This document shows positions 9,842-20,115 of a stretch of 51,668 bases of DNA, one piece after another. The DNA is taken from positions 1-51,668 of the forward strand of contig CAZAPD010000016.1 of NCBI GenBank assembly GCA_964487115.1, read 5' to 3'. Origin of the DNA: an uncultured Thermococci archaeon (GTDB taxonomy: Archaea > Methanobacteriota_B > Thermococci > Thermococcales > Thermococcaceae). Both the position numbers and the translations under genes were made by a program. Position 1 is the stretch's first letter. Every line of letters starts with the position of its first letter. The notes below the pieces were generated by a model. It was not told the DNA's origin. It did no database searches and was given only the letters and a program-made list of their open reading frames with translations.

Positions 9842-9864
9842 CTCCTTTCCTTTTGGTGATTTTC

Positions 9865-10272
9865 ATGAAAGAATGGCTTGTGCTTCCGGATACAAATTTT
9901 CTTCTCATTCCAGGGCAGTTTGGTGTTGATATACTAAGAGAGCTGGATAGAGTTCTTGATGTTAGATTTAAAATAGCAGTTCCTTCGGCTGTTTTAAAGG
10001 AACTTGAAGTTATAGAAAGGAAAGCCAGAGGAAAAGATTTGATGGCAGTGAAAATGGCTAAAAAGCTTGTTGAGAGATTTGACCAGATAGACATAGGTAA
10101 TTTTGGATATAAACCGACGGATGAGCTTATCTATGAGTTTGCTGTCAAAACTTCCCGAACGATAGTATGCACCAACGATAGGGAGCTGAAGAAAAAGCTC
10201 CGTGCGAAAGGTGTCCCTGTCATCTATCTCCGTTCAAAGAAGATTCTTGAGCTGGAAGGCATGCTTGGGTAA
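9865..10272 (+). CDS. PIN-domain protein (Fcf1/Utp24-like)
   Basis: LPDTNFL, KELE, TDE and CTNDRELKKKL acidic PIN motifs; typical neighbour of aIF2gamma. Confidence 0.88.
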   Translation: MKEWLVLPDTNFLLIPGQFGVDILRELDRVLDVRFKIAVPSAVLKELEVIERKARGKDLMAVKMAKKLVERFDQIDIGNFGYKPTDELIYEFAVKTSRTIVCTNDRELKKKLRAKGVPVIYLRSKKILELEGMLG

Positions 10273-10313
10273 GGTTTAAATCATCCTTGTCTTCTCTTAT
10301 CTCGGTGAGAAGA

Positions 10314-11084
10314 ATGTACAGTGAGAATTCTCTGCTCAAGGAGATACAGACTCTTCTTGAAGATGACGAACTCTACAGGATGTATGAGGCCGCGTTTAAT
10401 GAATACAGGTACTACTTTGAAACAACAAACTACATCGTTCTCAACATTTATCGTTTCAATGACCATGGTCCAATTCATGTTCTCCTCACTACAAGGAGAG
10501 CCCTTGAAATCCTCGGAATCATTGAGAGATTTGGGATCGAGACCACCGCCCAAAGACTTGGAAAGCCCTTCAGGTGGAGCAAATTTATAGTGGCATTTGG
10601 CGCGCTCTTTCACGATATCGGCAATATAATTCACAGGGACAGACACTACCAGTTCAGCGTTCTTTTAGCGGAACCAATAGTGCATAAACTCGTCAGAGAA
10701 TTTGAAAAACAGGACTGGCTTCTCCTTAAAGCCCTCACTCTTAACGCCATCTTCACACATGATGAGGCAATCCAATGCACGACAGTTGAAGGTAGTGTTG
10801 TGACAATAGCAGACGGCTGCGACATGGAGGCTGGAAGGAGTAGGCTCGTCCATAAGAGGGACAAGGTCGATATCCACGCTGTTTCGGCTCTGGCTATTGA
10901 GAGGGTTGAGATCCAAGAAGGAGACGAAAAAACCCCGATAGTTGTGGATATATGGATGAAGCATCCAGCGGGTATCTTTCAGGTTGATGAAATATTGACG
11001 AAAAAAGTACAGAGTTCCCTTCTGGAAGGGAAGGTGAAGATACTGATTCATGTGGGGGAGGAGCTCCTTGAAAAGGTCGTCTGA
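10314..11084 (+). CDS. HD-domain phosphohydrolase
   Basis: NDHGPIH, LFHDIGN, FTHD and IADGCD motifs. Confidence 0.88.
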   Translation: MYSENSLLKEIQTLLEDDELYRMYEAAFNEYRYYFETTNYIVLNIYRFNDHGPIHVLLTTRRALEILGIIERFGIETTAQRLGKPFRWSKFIVAFGALFHDIGNIIHRDRHYQFSVLLAEPIVHKLVREFEKQDWLLLKALTLNAIFTHDEAIQCTTVEGSVVTIADGCDMEAGRSRLVHKRDKVDIHAVSALAIERVEIQEGDEKTPIVVDIWMKHPAGIFQVDEILTKKVQSSLLEGKVKILIHVGEELLEKVV

Positions 11085-11745
11085 CCTTCTTGAGGCATAC
11101 AGGGACTTTAAATATCTCCTCAACAGAGGCTATCGGAAAAAGGTGGCTCTGAATTTTGTTGCCAATCACTATAAGCTAACCCTCAAGCAGAGGCATCTTC
11201 TTGCCAGGTGTGTTTTTTCTGATTTTGAGGTTGCTGAGAGGAAGAAAAAACTTGTCGAAAGCTCGTTTTTGAAAAACAGGACTCTGGGAGTAGATGGATT
11301 TAATGTCCTGATAACATTTGAATCTCTGATTGAAGGAAAGGCTATACTTTGTGAAGATGGTCTTCTTAGAGATTTGAAGTATCAAAGGGGCTACAGAATG
11401 TCAGAAAAGACAGGAAGCTTGATTGAAACTATTGTGTCATTTCTGTCAACTCTTGAGTTGAGAGAAGTTATTTTTCTTTATGATATGGCGGTGAGCCGGA
11501 GTGGTGAAATTGCAAGGCTTACCATGGAGCTAATTAAAAAATACAGGGTGAGAGGAACAGCTCTAACTGCAAAATCTCCTGACTACAGATTGAGGGATTT
11601 TGAGGTTGTATGCACATCCGATATTGGGATTATATCCAAGGCAAGCTATGTCTTTGACCTTCCTGGAGCTTTAGGGAAATCTATGGGTTTGAAGCCTTTA
11701 GACTTCCGGGAGATTTTCATCGGGGTTTCTTTAGATAAATTTTAA
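11050..11745 (+). CDS. DUF434-family protein with PIN-like C-terminal part
   Basis: DFKYLLNRGY...FVANHY, VDGFNVLIT, DGLLRDL and TSD motifs; start codon uncertain. Confidence 0.75.
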   Translation: MWGRSSLKRSSDLLEAYRDFKYLLNRGYRKKVALNFVANHYKLTLKQRHLLARCVFSDFEVAERKKKLVESSFLKNRTLGVDGFNVLITFESLIEGKAILCEDGLLRDLKYQRGYRMSEKTGSLIETIVSFLSTLELREVIFLYDMAVSRSGEIARLTMELIKKYRVRGTALTAKSPDYRLRDFEVVCTSDIGIISKASYVFDLPGALGKSMGLKPLDFREIFIGVSLDKF

Positions 11746-11867
11746 CATTAAAATATCAATCGAATAGCTCCAAGTTGTCTTGAAACTTTAGTAAATTTTT
11801 AATAGTTTTGTGAAATAATTTATTAGAATACTGCAACTGCCCTGCTTTCAGTGGGAGGGATATAAAT

Positions 11868-13043
11868 ATGAAAAAAACCGCATCTTTGGCGCTGGCGTTA
11901 TTGTTTGTTGGTTTGGTTTTTGTGAGTGGATGCATCGGTGGTACAACTTCTCAAACAACTTCGACTCTTACAACTTCATCCTCAGAAACTACATCCACCC
12001 AAGGAGGAACTTCCAGCTCGATGGAAACTTCCCAGCAATCGTCTACAACAGTACCCACCACCACAACGCACACTTCTACCCAGACTACACCCACGTCTAC
12101 ACAGAGTGAAACCTCAACACAGACAATGACCATGACGACTACAACTACGACTTCAACCCCTACAGAAAAAGCCTATTGGGTTCATCCATGGGAATATGCT
12201 CCTGTAAAAATCGGGAGCGAAGAGTACTGGATAACATACTACAAGTATGACTATAAGATTCAGCCTAATCAAAGTGCTCCTACCTACGAGTATACAGTCG
12301 AAAAAAGTGTAGAAAAAACGAAAATTCATGTTTATGGTCAGGACATGAGTGGGAACAAAGTTGATCTTGGTGAAAAGGAGGTCTACGCATACAGAACAAT
12401 TGTAACACCGGTTAAAACGGCTTCTCTGGATGACACGCTAACCTTTACAGTCTGGTATGTATCCAACAAGAGTCGGGCATTTCTGTATCCATGGGATGTT
12501 TTATGGCTAAGTTACCTATCTCCCTACAGTCAGGACAAAGAATTTGTTGGAATGAAATTTGAATACAAGGGTGAGGAATTTCTCTTCACAAATCCGGTTC
12601 CTTTCCAGAGTGGGCTTTTTCCATATTTCGAGGGCAATCAGCAGGCTTTCAGTGATATTGCAGAAGACTTAAACTACCTCTATATGGGATGGGCAGCTAC
12701 CCTCAACTTTGGAATATGGTATAGCTGGGAAAACTACAATCTGTTAGTTCATCAGAGCGGAACGTGGAGCGATAATCTCGGCCACAGCTGGGAGTGGAGC
12801 ACTGAGCCAGATGGAACTGTTGATTATTCAGGGGTTACATTCAAGCTCGCTGACTTTACGTGGAAATATCGGGGAACAGCAGAGGGAATTTCGATGGGCG
12901 GTAAGGGTAAGGTTTCCCCATATCTGCCCCTTTTGGTTGAAGGTGAAGGACATTATGGCTACAAAGATCCAAAAACTGGAGAAAGCTTGGTCATCTATGC
13001 CTATCTGAAGCTTGAAGACCTTAAGCTTGAGAAGGTGAGTTGA
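11868..13043 (+). CDS. Surface lipoprotein with S/T-rich linker and one copy of an uncharacterised beta-rich domain
   Basis: MKK-hydrophobic-VSGC lipobox, ~75-aa Thr/Ser linker, aromatic-rich domain. Confidence 0.85.
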   Translation: MKKTASLALALLFVGLVFVSGCIGGTTSQTTSTLTTSSSETTSTQGGTSSSMETSQQSSTTVPTTTTHTSTQTTPTSTQSETSTQTMTMTTTTTTSTPTEKAYWVHPWEYAPVKIGSEEYWITYYKYDYKIQPNQSAPTYEYTVEKSVEKTKIHVYGQDMSGNKVDLGEKEVYAYRTIVTPVKTASLDDTLTFTVWYVSNKSRAFLYPWDVLWLSYLSPYSQDKEFVGMKFEYKGEEFLFTNPVPFQSGLFPYFEGNQQAFSDIAEDLNYLYMGWAATLNFGIWYSWENYNLLVHQSGTWSDNLGHSWEWSTEPDGTVDYSGVTFKLADFTWKYRGTAEGISMGGKGKVSPYLPLLVEGEGHYGYKDPKTGESLVIYAYLKLEDLKLEKVS

Positions 13044-13390
13044 TGAAGCGTTTTGTTTTTACTTCTCTCTTTGTTCTTCTTTCTTTTCCCATTTCAGCTG
13101 CCTGCATCAATTTCTCCAAGAAGAAAACTGTCACAGTTAATACGAGGAGGGGTTCGGGTTTAGATTTTATCCCGAAAATATCCTCAACCTGTACATCCTC
13201 AATGGGTATTCGATCACCTGAACCGATGAGCTCGCTGTGCTTTGCTAATTTAAAAGTCCCTGACAGGGGTATGGGCTGTGTAAAGCCTGGCAGGAATGAA
13301 GAAGTAATGCTCCTGTCGGGAAAAAATGGAAGCTTTGACCTTACAGATACGAGATTTAATGATATCTGGAATGGGAGGTTGGTATTATGA
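13043..13390 (+). pseudogene. Probable degenerate lipoprotein gene
   Basis: TGATG-coupled start and signal peptide MKRFVFTSLFVLLSFPISAAC; more protein-like text then continues in another frame (YEEGFGFRFYPENILNLYILNGYSIT*) with stops. Confidence 0.4.
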
Positions 13391-15258
13391 AAAAGACAAG
13401 TTTGGCTGTGTTTTTAATGTTTGTGCTTTTGTTTGGTGTTGTGGCTAGTGGCTGTTTAGGTGGTGGAGGTGGAGAAGAAAAGACAACATCATCAAGCGAA
13501 ACATATCAAGAAAGCGGAAGTGAGGGAGAAGGGAGCACAAGTACTTCATCCAGTGGAGGGAGCGAGGAGACACAGGTAGCAACATGGCAAACTCCATGGA
13601 ATGCATATAGTCCTTTTCAGATTAATGGCCAGCCCCATTATATCACCTACATAAAGTACACTTTTACAGTTAAAACTTCAGAGGGAGAGCGTTCATACGA
13701 GGTAATAAAGCAGAGAGGCTATATCAAGACGCACATCTATACTGACGATAATGGCAAAAAGGATTTGGGGGAGTACACTCTCTTTGCCTATTATGGAAAG
13801 ATAACACCGTTAAATGCTCCTGATATGACGGGTCCACTGGAGTATCTCATACTTGTCAAAGAAAGAACAAAAGACAGTGACACAGACTTTCTGACGCCTT
13901 TTCCGGATTTCAGTGCCATGATGGCTGGAACAACTGCAGTAATTGAAGCCAGTTATGGAGGGAACTACTTTTACTGGAGCAATCCAGCGGCAGTAGGGAA
14001 GTATTCTGAGCTGCCTTACTCTGAAGGTGACTTCAACACATTCTCTGAGGGCATATCTGTATCGGCTGTTCAGGGATGGATGGCCATGATAGGTTCTTCC
14101 GTGTGGAATGGACTGGAGAACCATGATCTCATGAAGCCAGATAAATACAGCTTTTCGTTCATGGGCATTGGATACAGCTATAAGATTCAGCCTGATGGAA
14201 GCGTGAGTTTTGACGGTAAGAGCTTTAAAGTGAGCAATGTTGAGTGGAGCTGGATTCTGGGAAATCTCAAAGGTCAGGGAAAGGCTAAAATTTCACCGTT
14301 ATTGCCAATTCCCATAGAAACAGAAGGAACCTTCAGCCAGATGGGAGGTGAAAGCTATTACTCGAAAATAGTGGTAGAGGACATGAAATTCTCAAAGGAG
14401 TTTGAGGGTATAAATGTAAAGATAAAGCAAACAACCTCACCGGGTGAGGGAACTCAAACTGAGACTGGAACCCCAACTCATACTGAAACACCAAGTGGAA
14501 GTATTTCCGATAACTGGAAGCTTGGTTGGGATGCTTCCCGGCCTATAACAATAAACGGAAAGAGCTACATGGTTAGGGAAGTAACTTTTGAAGCAGATTA
14601 TCACTTCTCAAACGGTGCTCAGGCTCAAATGACAATTAAAAAAGGCTACTACAAAACGAAGCTTGAGGGGAGAGATGTCTATGCTCTCTATGCTATGGTA
14701 AATATTAACAAAGACGTATACAACTATACAGTTTATGTCTCACCGGAAGATCTGGAAGAGTACACTCCGAATATTCTCTGGATACCCAGTGTGTTTGAGT
14801 TAATAAACGGACCTACATGGCTTAAAGTGGAGATTACAGGGCCAAACTGCCACTACTCTATTGACGAGGAAGGAAACATAGAAGGAGATATGAATTGTGG
14901 AATGATAGACAAGGGCTTCCAGGACTACAACATGATATGGGCCATGAGTGGTGGCTTCTACGGAGGAATCTATGGGGATGTTGTGCACGCATACACCCTA
15001 ACAAACAATGGACAAGGTTACACGGTTAAAGCCGATGGTGATGTATCCCTCGCTGGTATGAACTTTAAAGCATATAAAATAACTTGGAACGGAATTGTTC
15101 AGAACTCGGGTGTTCAGGCAAATGGAGAAACTATCGTTGTTCCTGAGCTTCCTTTCCCTGTGGAGGTAACTGCGTCTCTGGCTATGCCCGGAAATGCTGC
15201 ATATGTGCATGCAAAGCTCGTGGACTTGAAGCTCCAAATCGCGTCAGCTGAGGGATAA
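13387..15258 (+). CDS. Surface lipoprotein with two tandem copies of the same domain
   Basis: VASGC lipobox, S/E/G linker, two repeats separated by a T/E/P linker; paralogous to 11868-13043. Confidence 0.85.
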   Translation: MKKTSLAVFLMFVLLFGVVASGCLGGGGGEEKTTSSSETYQESGSEGEGSTSTSSSGGSEETQVATWQTPWNAYSPFQINGQPHYITYIKYTFTVKTSEGERSYEVIKQRGYIKTHIYTDDNGKKDLGEYTLFAYYGKITPLNAPDMTGPLEYLILVKERTKDSDTDFLTPFPDFSAMMAGTTAVIEASYGGNYFYWSNPAAVGKYSELPYSEGDFNTFSEGISVSAVQGWMAMIGSSVWNGLENHDLMKPDKYSFSFMGIGYSYKIQPDGSVSFDGKSFKVSNVEWSWILGNLKGQGKAKISPLLPIPIETEGTFSQMGGESYYSKIVVEDMKFSKEFEGINVKIKQTTSPGEGTQTETGTPTHTETPSGSISDNWKLGWDASRPITINGKSYMVREVTFEADYHFSNGAQAQMTIKKGYYKTKLEGRDVYALYAMVNINKDVYNYTVYVSPEDLEEYTPNILWIPSVFELINGPTWLKVEITGPNCHYSIDEEGNIEGDMNCGMIDKGFQDYNMIWAMSGGFYGGIYGDVVHAYTLTNNGQGYTVKADGDVSLAGMNFKAYKITWNGIVQNSGVQANGETIVVPELPFPVEVTASLAMPGNAAYVHAKLVDLKLQIASAEG

Positions 15259-15289
15259 ACTTTAAATTTTTCTCTCCCGATTTTTTCTT

Positions 15290-15928
15290 ATGTTTGGGAA
15301 ACATGAACTGAAAACAAAATTCATTAAAATCTATGATAAAAAAATACACCTTGTTGAAAAATCTAAAGATACCGTTCTTTATAGACGAGATAATGTTGAG
15401 GTTTTTCTCAAAAAGAGTGAAGATGGTCTCAGAATACTACCTGCACCTGCTTCGGGTTATGGTGTAAAATTTCTAATGATAAAGCTCTCTCAAAAGATAG
15501 CAGTTCCTCCAAAGGCCACCTTAAGCGGCTTCTTATCAGCTCCAATAGATATTGAAGTGAAAGCCGGAAATCTGACAATAGACCGTTTTATAATTGGCAG
15601 AGAGAAATATGCCCTTTACGGACAGGACAATATGGGAGTAATAGCTCGGTATCATGTCAGTGAATTCAATGAAAGGGAGCCTGATAAACTGGGAGTTATG
15701 AGGATTATTGTTGAAAATCCCTCTGATGAGTGGAGGATAGTGGGGAGGGTTGTGGTACCAATAGGTGGCAGCATGATGTTCTATTCAAAGGAAAAAGCAT
15801 ACTATCCACTTGTAATTCTCACAACTAAAAGTATCTATGAGGTGAATAATACGGGGAATCCCCCAGATGGTAGATTGAAAGCAACGCACACGGCAGAACC
15901 TTTGCCGAACTTTAAGATGAGGTGGTGA
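15290..15928 (+). CDS. DUF432-family protein
   Basis: KYALYG...GVIARY motif; adjacent to MscS as is typical. Confidence 0.75.
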   Translation: MFGKHELKTKFIKIYDKKIHLVEKSKDTVLYRRDNVEVFLKKSEDGLRILPAPASGYGVKFLMIKLSQKIAVPPKATLSGFLSAPIDIEVKAGNLTIDRFIIGREKYALYGQDNMGVIARYHVSEFNEREPDKLGVMRIIVENPSDEWRIVGRVVVPIGGSMMFYSKEKAYYPLVILTTKSIYEVNNTGNPPDGRLKATHTAEPLPNFKMRW

Positions 15929-15930
15929 GG

Positions 15931-17010
15931 ATGGCGCTGAATAACACCATTCTTGGAACAGAGCTCAAATTTTCATGGTTCAGTATAACCCTTGGAACAC
16001 TCATCGAAGCAGTTCTAATTCTGTTTGTTTCTGTATTCATCGGCAGGGTTCTGAGGAAAGTTGTAATTAGAGCATCAAAAACAACACGCCTCCCATGGAT
16101 AATAAATCAGGACACGGGGGATATAATCTTTAGAATGTTTGTTCTTGGGGGTATTATAGGATCTTTATATAAAATTGGATTGATGGCATATAGGATTGCG
16201 GGAACTACAGTTGGTAACATTGCATTTGCGGTGGGTTTCTTTTACTTCATGTATCTCATAGCTAAAAAATCCAAGGATTATCTCCTTATGGGTGCGGGGA
16301 GGAAGCCGTCGTCTGAACTCCAGGTACAGGCAAAGGTCTTCTACTATACAATACTGACTGTCTCATTCTTTTTGGCCCTTAATCTCGCCGGAATTGGTAC
16401 ATATCTTGGAGCGATTCTTGCTGCAGCAGGCATAACAGGTATTGTGCTCGGTTTCTCTGCACAGACGGTGGTTTCAAACTTCATCTCTGGGCTTTTCATG
16501 TATTTTGACAAGCCACTGAACATCGGGGATCCAGTTAGGATAGATAATCTTGAAGGCATAGTTGAGGATATGCGGATATTATCAACGAGAATTCGCTCCT
16601 GGGACGGTACACTTATCAGAATTCCAAATGAAAAGCTCTTTAATAGCAACATCATAAACCTCCAGCGCTATCCCGCCAGAAGGCTTGATGTTAAGATAGG
16701 GATAGCATACGATTCGGATATGGAGAGGGCTATAGGGGTTATCAGGAAAACCCTCGATAACATGCCTCTTGTGCTGGCTGAGCCTGAACCGCTGGTATTT
16801 GTTGAAGATTTGGGTGACAGTGCAATTATTATCTCAATTAAAGCATGGGCACCGAGTGAAAAATGGTTCTCTGTAAAAACCGAGCTTTTGCATAAAGTGA
16901 AAAAAGCCCTCGACGAAGCTGGAATAGAGATACCCTTCCCCCAGAGGGTCAACTGGTTTGCCAACGAGCTGAGGGTAAAGGTGGAAGGGTCCAAGAAAAA
17001 TGAAGACTAA
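15931..17010 (+). CDS. mscS: Small-conductance mechanosensitive channel (MscS family)
   Basis: GIVLGFSAQTVVSNFISG, IGDPVRI, IRIPNE and GIEIPFPQR motifs. Confidence 0.93.
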   Translation: MALNNTILGTELKFSWFSITLGTLIEAVLILFVSVFIGRVLRKVVIRASKTTRLPWIINQDTGDIIFRMFVLGGIIGSLYKIGLMAYRIAGTTVGNIAFAVGFFYFMYLIAKKSKDYLLMGAGRKPSSELQVQAKVFYYTILTVSFFLALNLAGIGTYLGAILAAAGITGIVLGFSAQTVVSNFISGLFMYFDKPLNIGDPVRIDNLEGIVEDMRILSTRIRSWDGTLIRIPNEKLFNSNIINLQRYPARRLDVKIGIAYDSDMERAIGVIRKTLDNMPLVLAEPEPLVFVEDLGDSAIIISIKAWAPSEKWFSVKTELLHKVKKALDEAGIEIPFPQRVNWFANELRVKVEGSKKNED

Positions 17011-18329
17011 ATTGGTCTCTTTCCTATGAGAGCATAGAAGAAGCCAAGGGTTTTGTGTCTATGAGGCCATGCTCTCATAGTTCCTGGGAGAAGACCTTCA
17101 TCATAGGGACCTCTCAGAGGAATAAGCTCTGCATCGTGATGCTCCTTAAGGAACCAGCTCACTACTTCCTCATTTTCCTCGGGCAACATCGAACATGTGG
17201 AGTATAACAGTTTGCCTTCAGGCTTTAGAACCTTCCATGCACTTTCCATAAGTTCCTTCTGAAGCTGGACAACTTTGGAAATGTTCTTCTCTTTCAGTCG
17301 CCATCTCAGCTCTGGATTTTTGGCCATGGTTCCATCGCTCGTGCACGGGGCATCGAGGAGGACTTTGTTGGCTTTAATTCCAAATTCGGGAGCTCTTCGG
17401 GCATCTCCAGTTATGACTTCTGCAATCCTCACTCCCGTACGCCTGAGTATCTCTTGCATTCTTGTGACTCTTCTTTTATCCACATCAAAGGCATATATCT
17501 TTCCTCTGTTTTTCATCAGCTCTGCCATGTGGGCTGTCTTTCCACCCGGAGCTGCAGCCATGTCCACAATGACTTCACCTGGTTTCGGAGAGAGGAGAAG
17601 AGAAGCGAGTGCAGAAGCTTCTTCCTGTGGGATTGCCCACCCTTTATTAAAGAGCCACTCTGGATTGAACGGATCAAGAATACGTATAATGGTTTCGACT
17701 CTTTTGCTCCTCTCAAATCTTACGTTCTTCTTCCACAGATATTTTTCGACATCTTTAACCTCAGTTTTCAGCAGGTTTACTCTTATGCTCGTTGGAGGGG
17801 TTTCATTAAGGGATTCCAGCAGATTTTCTGCTTCCTCGCCCAGCAGATTTCTCATTCTCCTGATAAACCATTCCGGAAACAGGTACTCCCATTTCAATCT
17901 TTTCTCTTCACTGTCAAGCCGGGGTATATATTCAAGTATTTTGGGCAGGAGCTCATAATAGTAATAGCCTACATAGGGGTGTGTCCTGCTGGAGAGAAAT
18001 TTAGCCAACCCTCTCAAGTGCTGTCTTGTCTTCTCGCTTGAATTACGAAAAATTGAGGCTTCAATGACTACCCTGAGGGTTGCTCTCAGCCATGGATCAA
18101 TGATATAGGGAGAGGCGCCAACGAGCTCCTCGATGATTTCGTCTATCAATCCAAGTCTGCGCTGAATGGAGTAGAATATTCCCGTGAGCTTTGAATTTTC
18201 CCACCCTTCTATCTTATACTTGTTGAAGGCTTTTCTCTTGGCCTGCTGGCTCGGCTTAACCTTCTCACCCAGCTTAACGGCCTCAATCAAAGCGTAAAGC
18301 TGTCTGTCCGTGAGTTTGAGTTTCCCCAT
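17007..18329 (-). CDS. RsmB/NOL1/NOP2-family RNA m5C methyltransferase
   Basis: DMAAAPGGKT, LLDAPCTSDG and YSTCS...EENE motifs; NusB-like N-terminus. Confidence 0.93.
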   Translation of the reverse strand: MGKLKLTDRQLYALIEAVKLGEKVKPSQQAKRKAFNKYKIEGWENSKLTGIFYSIQRRLGLIDEIIEELVGASPYIIDPWLRATLRVVIEASIFRNSSEKTRQHLRGLAKFLSSRTHPYVGYYYYELLPKILEYIPRLDSEEKRLKWEYLFPEWFIRRMRNLLGEEAENLLESLNETPPTSIRVNLLKTEVKDVEKYLWKKNVRFERSKRVETIIRILDPFNPEWLFNKGWAIPQEEASALASLLLSPKPGEVIVDMAAAPGGKTAHMAELMKNRGKIYAFDVDKRRVTRMQEILRRTGVRIAEVITGDARRAPEFGIKANKVLLDAPCTSDGTMAKNPELRWRLKEKNISKVVQLQKELMESAWKVLKPEGKLLYSTCSMLPEENEEVVSWFLKEHHDAELIPLRGPYDEGLLPGTMRAWPHRHKTLGFFYALIGKRPI

Positions 18330-18346
18330 GCATTCACCTTCAGTGA

Positions 18347-20113
18347 TTACTTGAGAATTTTCTCTAATATACGTGTTGCGATTTTCTGGCTTTCTTTCGT
18401 TCCATACTTTTCAATTTGTTTTAATCTCGGAATAAATGGTATTAGTAGTTCTATCTTTTCTGGAGGCATCTTTGAAACAATAGCTTCTAAGGTTAACAGT
18501 GCATCAAATTGGAGATCTTTCTTTTCGAAAGATTTCTTTAGAAAATTCAATACGGGTATTGCTCTCTTCTCATCCCAAACGTATGTGAAATAATAACTAA
18601 AGAATTCGAGTGCTGGTAGAGGATTTGAACTTAGTAGTTCCAAGCTTCTCGCTATTATATCTTCATAGTGAGCCCTCGATGCAAGTGTTGCAAGAATTTT
18701 CGCTGCCCTACTTTTTGCCCATTGATTATCAGAAATCAGGATGGTGAATAAATCGGGTATCAGTGGGAGTATTATTTTGAGTTCGGAGCAGTTCAGATGG
18801 GACGAAACTTCATATAAAGCCCACAAAACATCCATTCTTTCCTCAAGCTTTTCGCTTTTTAACATCTGGGAGATCTCATTAATTACTTCAGGATTTGATT
18901 TGAGAAGATTTAATAATGCTTGGGTGTCTTCATCTTCGATGATTTTGGAAAGGGGCACATTGACTTTAAACTCAACCGTTGTCTCTGGGGTCTTTTTGGG
19001 AGATCTCAGCTCATTAAGAGCAGGCAACATAACCTTTTCCTGTTTTTTTGGGAAGGGTAAAAGCGGAGCTCCCGAAATAAACCTGGAACTGAACTCTGTT
19101 CCAATTTTCGAACTCGTACTTAAGCTTTCGTGAAGCCATTCGATGATATACTTATCTTTTATGGCAATAGCGAGGTCTATAGCTTCATATACCAGACCAT
19201 CCAGAAGTAGTTTGGATATCTTCTTCTTTGCAGCTTCTGGATTCGATCTGTAATAATTGTATATTGCGTTCTCAATTATTTCGAGGGTTTCTCGGGCTTT
19301 TATGCGTATTGTGAAATCCTCACTTTGCATCGATAGGTTTTTAACTTTGGTAAGTACAATTGACATTTCTCCTATGATTTCCTCGTTTATAGGGAGTTTA
19401 AGAGCATCCTGTATTGTATTTAGACAGAATTCCACTAAGGGGATGTCATCACTTAAAATCAGATCTGATATTTCACTTAAAAGGAATTTTAGAGACTTAG
19501 TATCCCCGGCATATACGAATAGATTGAAGAGAAGCCTCAACCCCATAGCCTTCACTCTTGGATTTTTTGAGTATATGAACCCCACAATTCGTGAGCGAAG
19601 ATTTGGAGAGGGGTGGAGTATTTTCACATTCTCTATTAGCTCCGCTATTTCTAAGAGTGTGAGCTCATGGTGAGATTTTTTTATTAATGGCACGATAGCA
19701 TCTAAGATTTTTGATAGTTCTTTTTCTCTCAGTGGGAATGTCTTTATTAACTGAGTTAATGCCTGAGCAGCTTTTAATGAAACATCTTCATCTCTATTCT
19801 GGAGGGTATTTATTATTTCCTCTAAGCCGTGTTTCATTATAACGAATTTAGTTTTTTCATCTGCTCGTTTTAAAATCTCATTTATTGCGAGGAGCGATCT
19901 GATTTTTGTGACTTTATTCTCATCTCTTAGGAGATTCAATAGAATTAAGAGTACATTGCTATTTTCTAAGGCGAGCTTAACAACATGCATAATTTCCCAG
20001 GAGGATATCATTTCTTTAATATCATCTTTTGTGTATTCTTTATCATCAAACATCATTGCCATTGCCAATATTCTATCGAAATTCGAACATATATTCCTTT
20101 CGTTTCTTGGCAT
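18347..20113 (-). CDS. HEAT/ARM-repeat alpha-solenoid protein
   Basis: Repeated LL.D.N..V...A...L helical-pair motifs; start may be at 20062-20053. Confidence 0.7.
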   Translation of the reverse strand: MPRNERNICSNFDRILAMAMMFDDKEYTKDDIKEMISSWEIMHVVKLALENSNVLLILLNLLRDENKVTKIRSLLAINEILKRADEKTKFVIMKHGLEEIINTLQNRDEDVSLKAAQALTQLIKTFPLREKELSKILDAIVPLIKKSHHELTLLEIAELIENVKILHPSPNLRSRIVGFIYSKNPRVKAMGLRLLFNLFVYAGDTKSLKFLLSEISDLILSDDIPLVEFCLNTIQDALKLPINEEIIGEMSIVLTKVKNLSMQSEDFTIRIKARETLEIIENAIYNYYRSNPEAAKKKISKLLLDGLVYEAIDLAIAIKDKYIIEWLHESLSTSSKIGTEFSSRFISGAPLLPFPKKQEKVMLPALNELRSPKKTPETTVEFKVNVPLSKIIEDEDTQALLNLLKSNPEVINEISQMLKSEKLEERMDVLWALYEVSSHLNCSELKIILPLIPDLFTILISDNQWAKSRAAKILATLASRAHYEDIIARSLELLSSNPLPALEFFSYYFTYVWDEKRAIPVLNFLKKSFEKKDLQFDALLTLEAIVSKMPPEKIELLIPFIPRLKQIEKYGTKESQKIATRILEKILK

Positions 20114-20115
20114 TG

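Noticed and set aside
11940..12165. ACN-rich repetitive tract (also 26660-26780)
   Set aside because: Explained by Thr/Ser linker coding; no fixed-period repeat or spacers.
17275..18041. 227-aa and 195-aa plus-strand ORFs
   Set aside because: Antisense shadows of the m5C methyltransferase gene.
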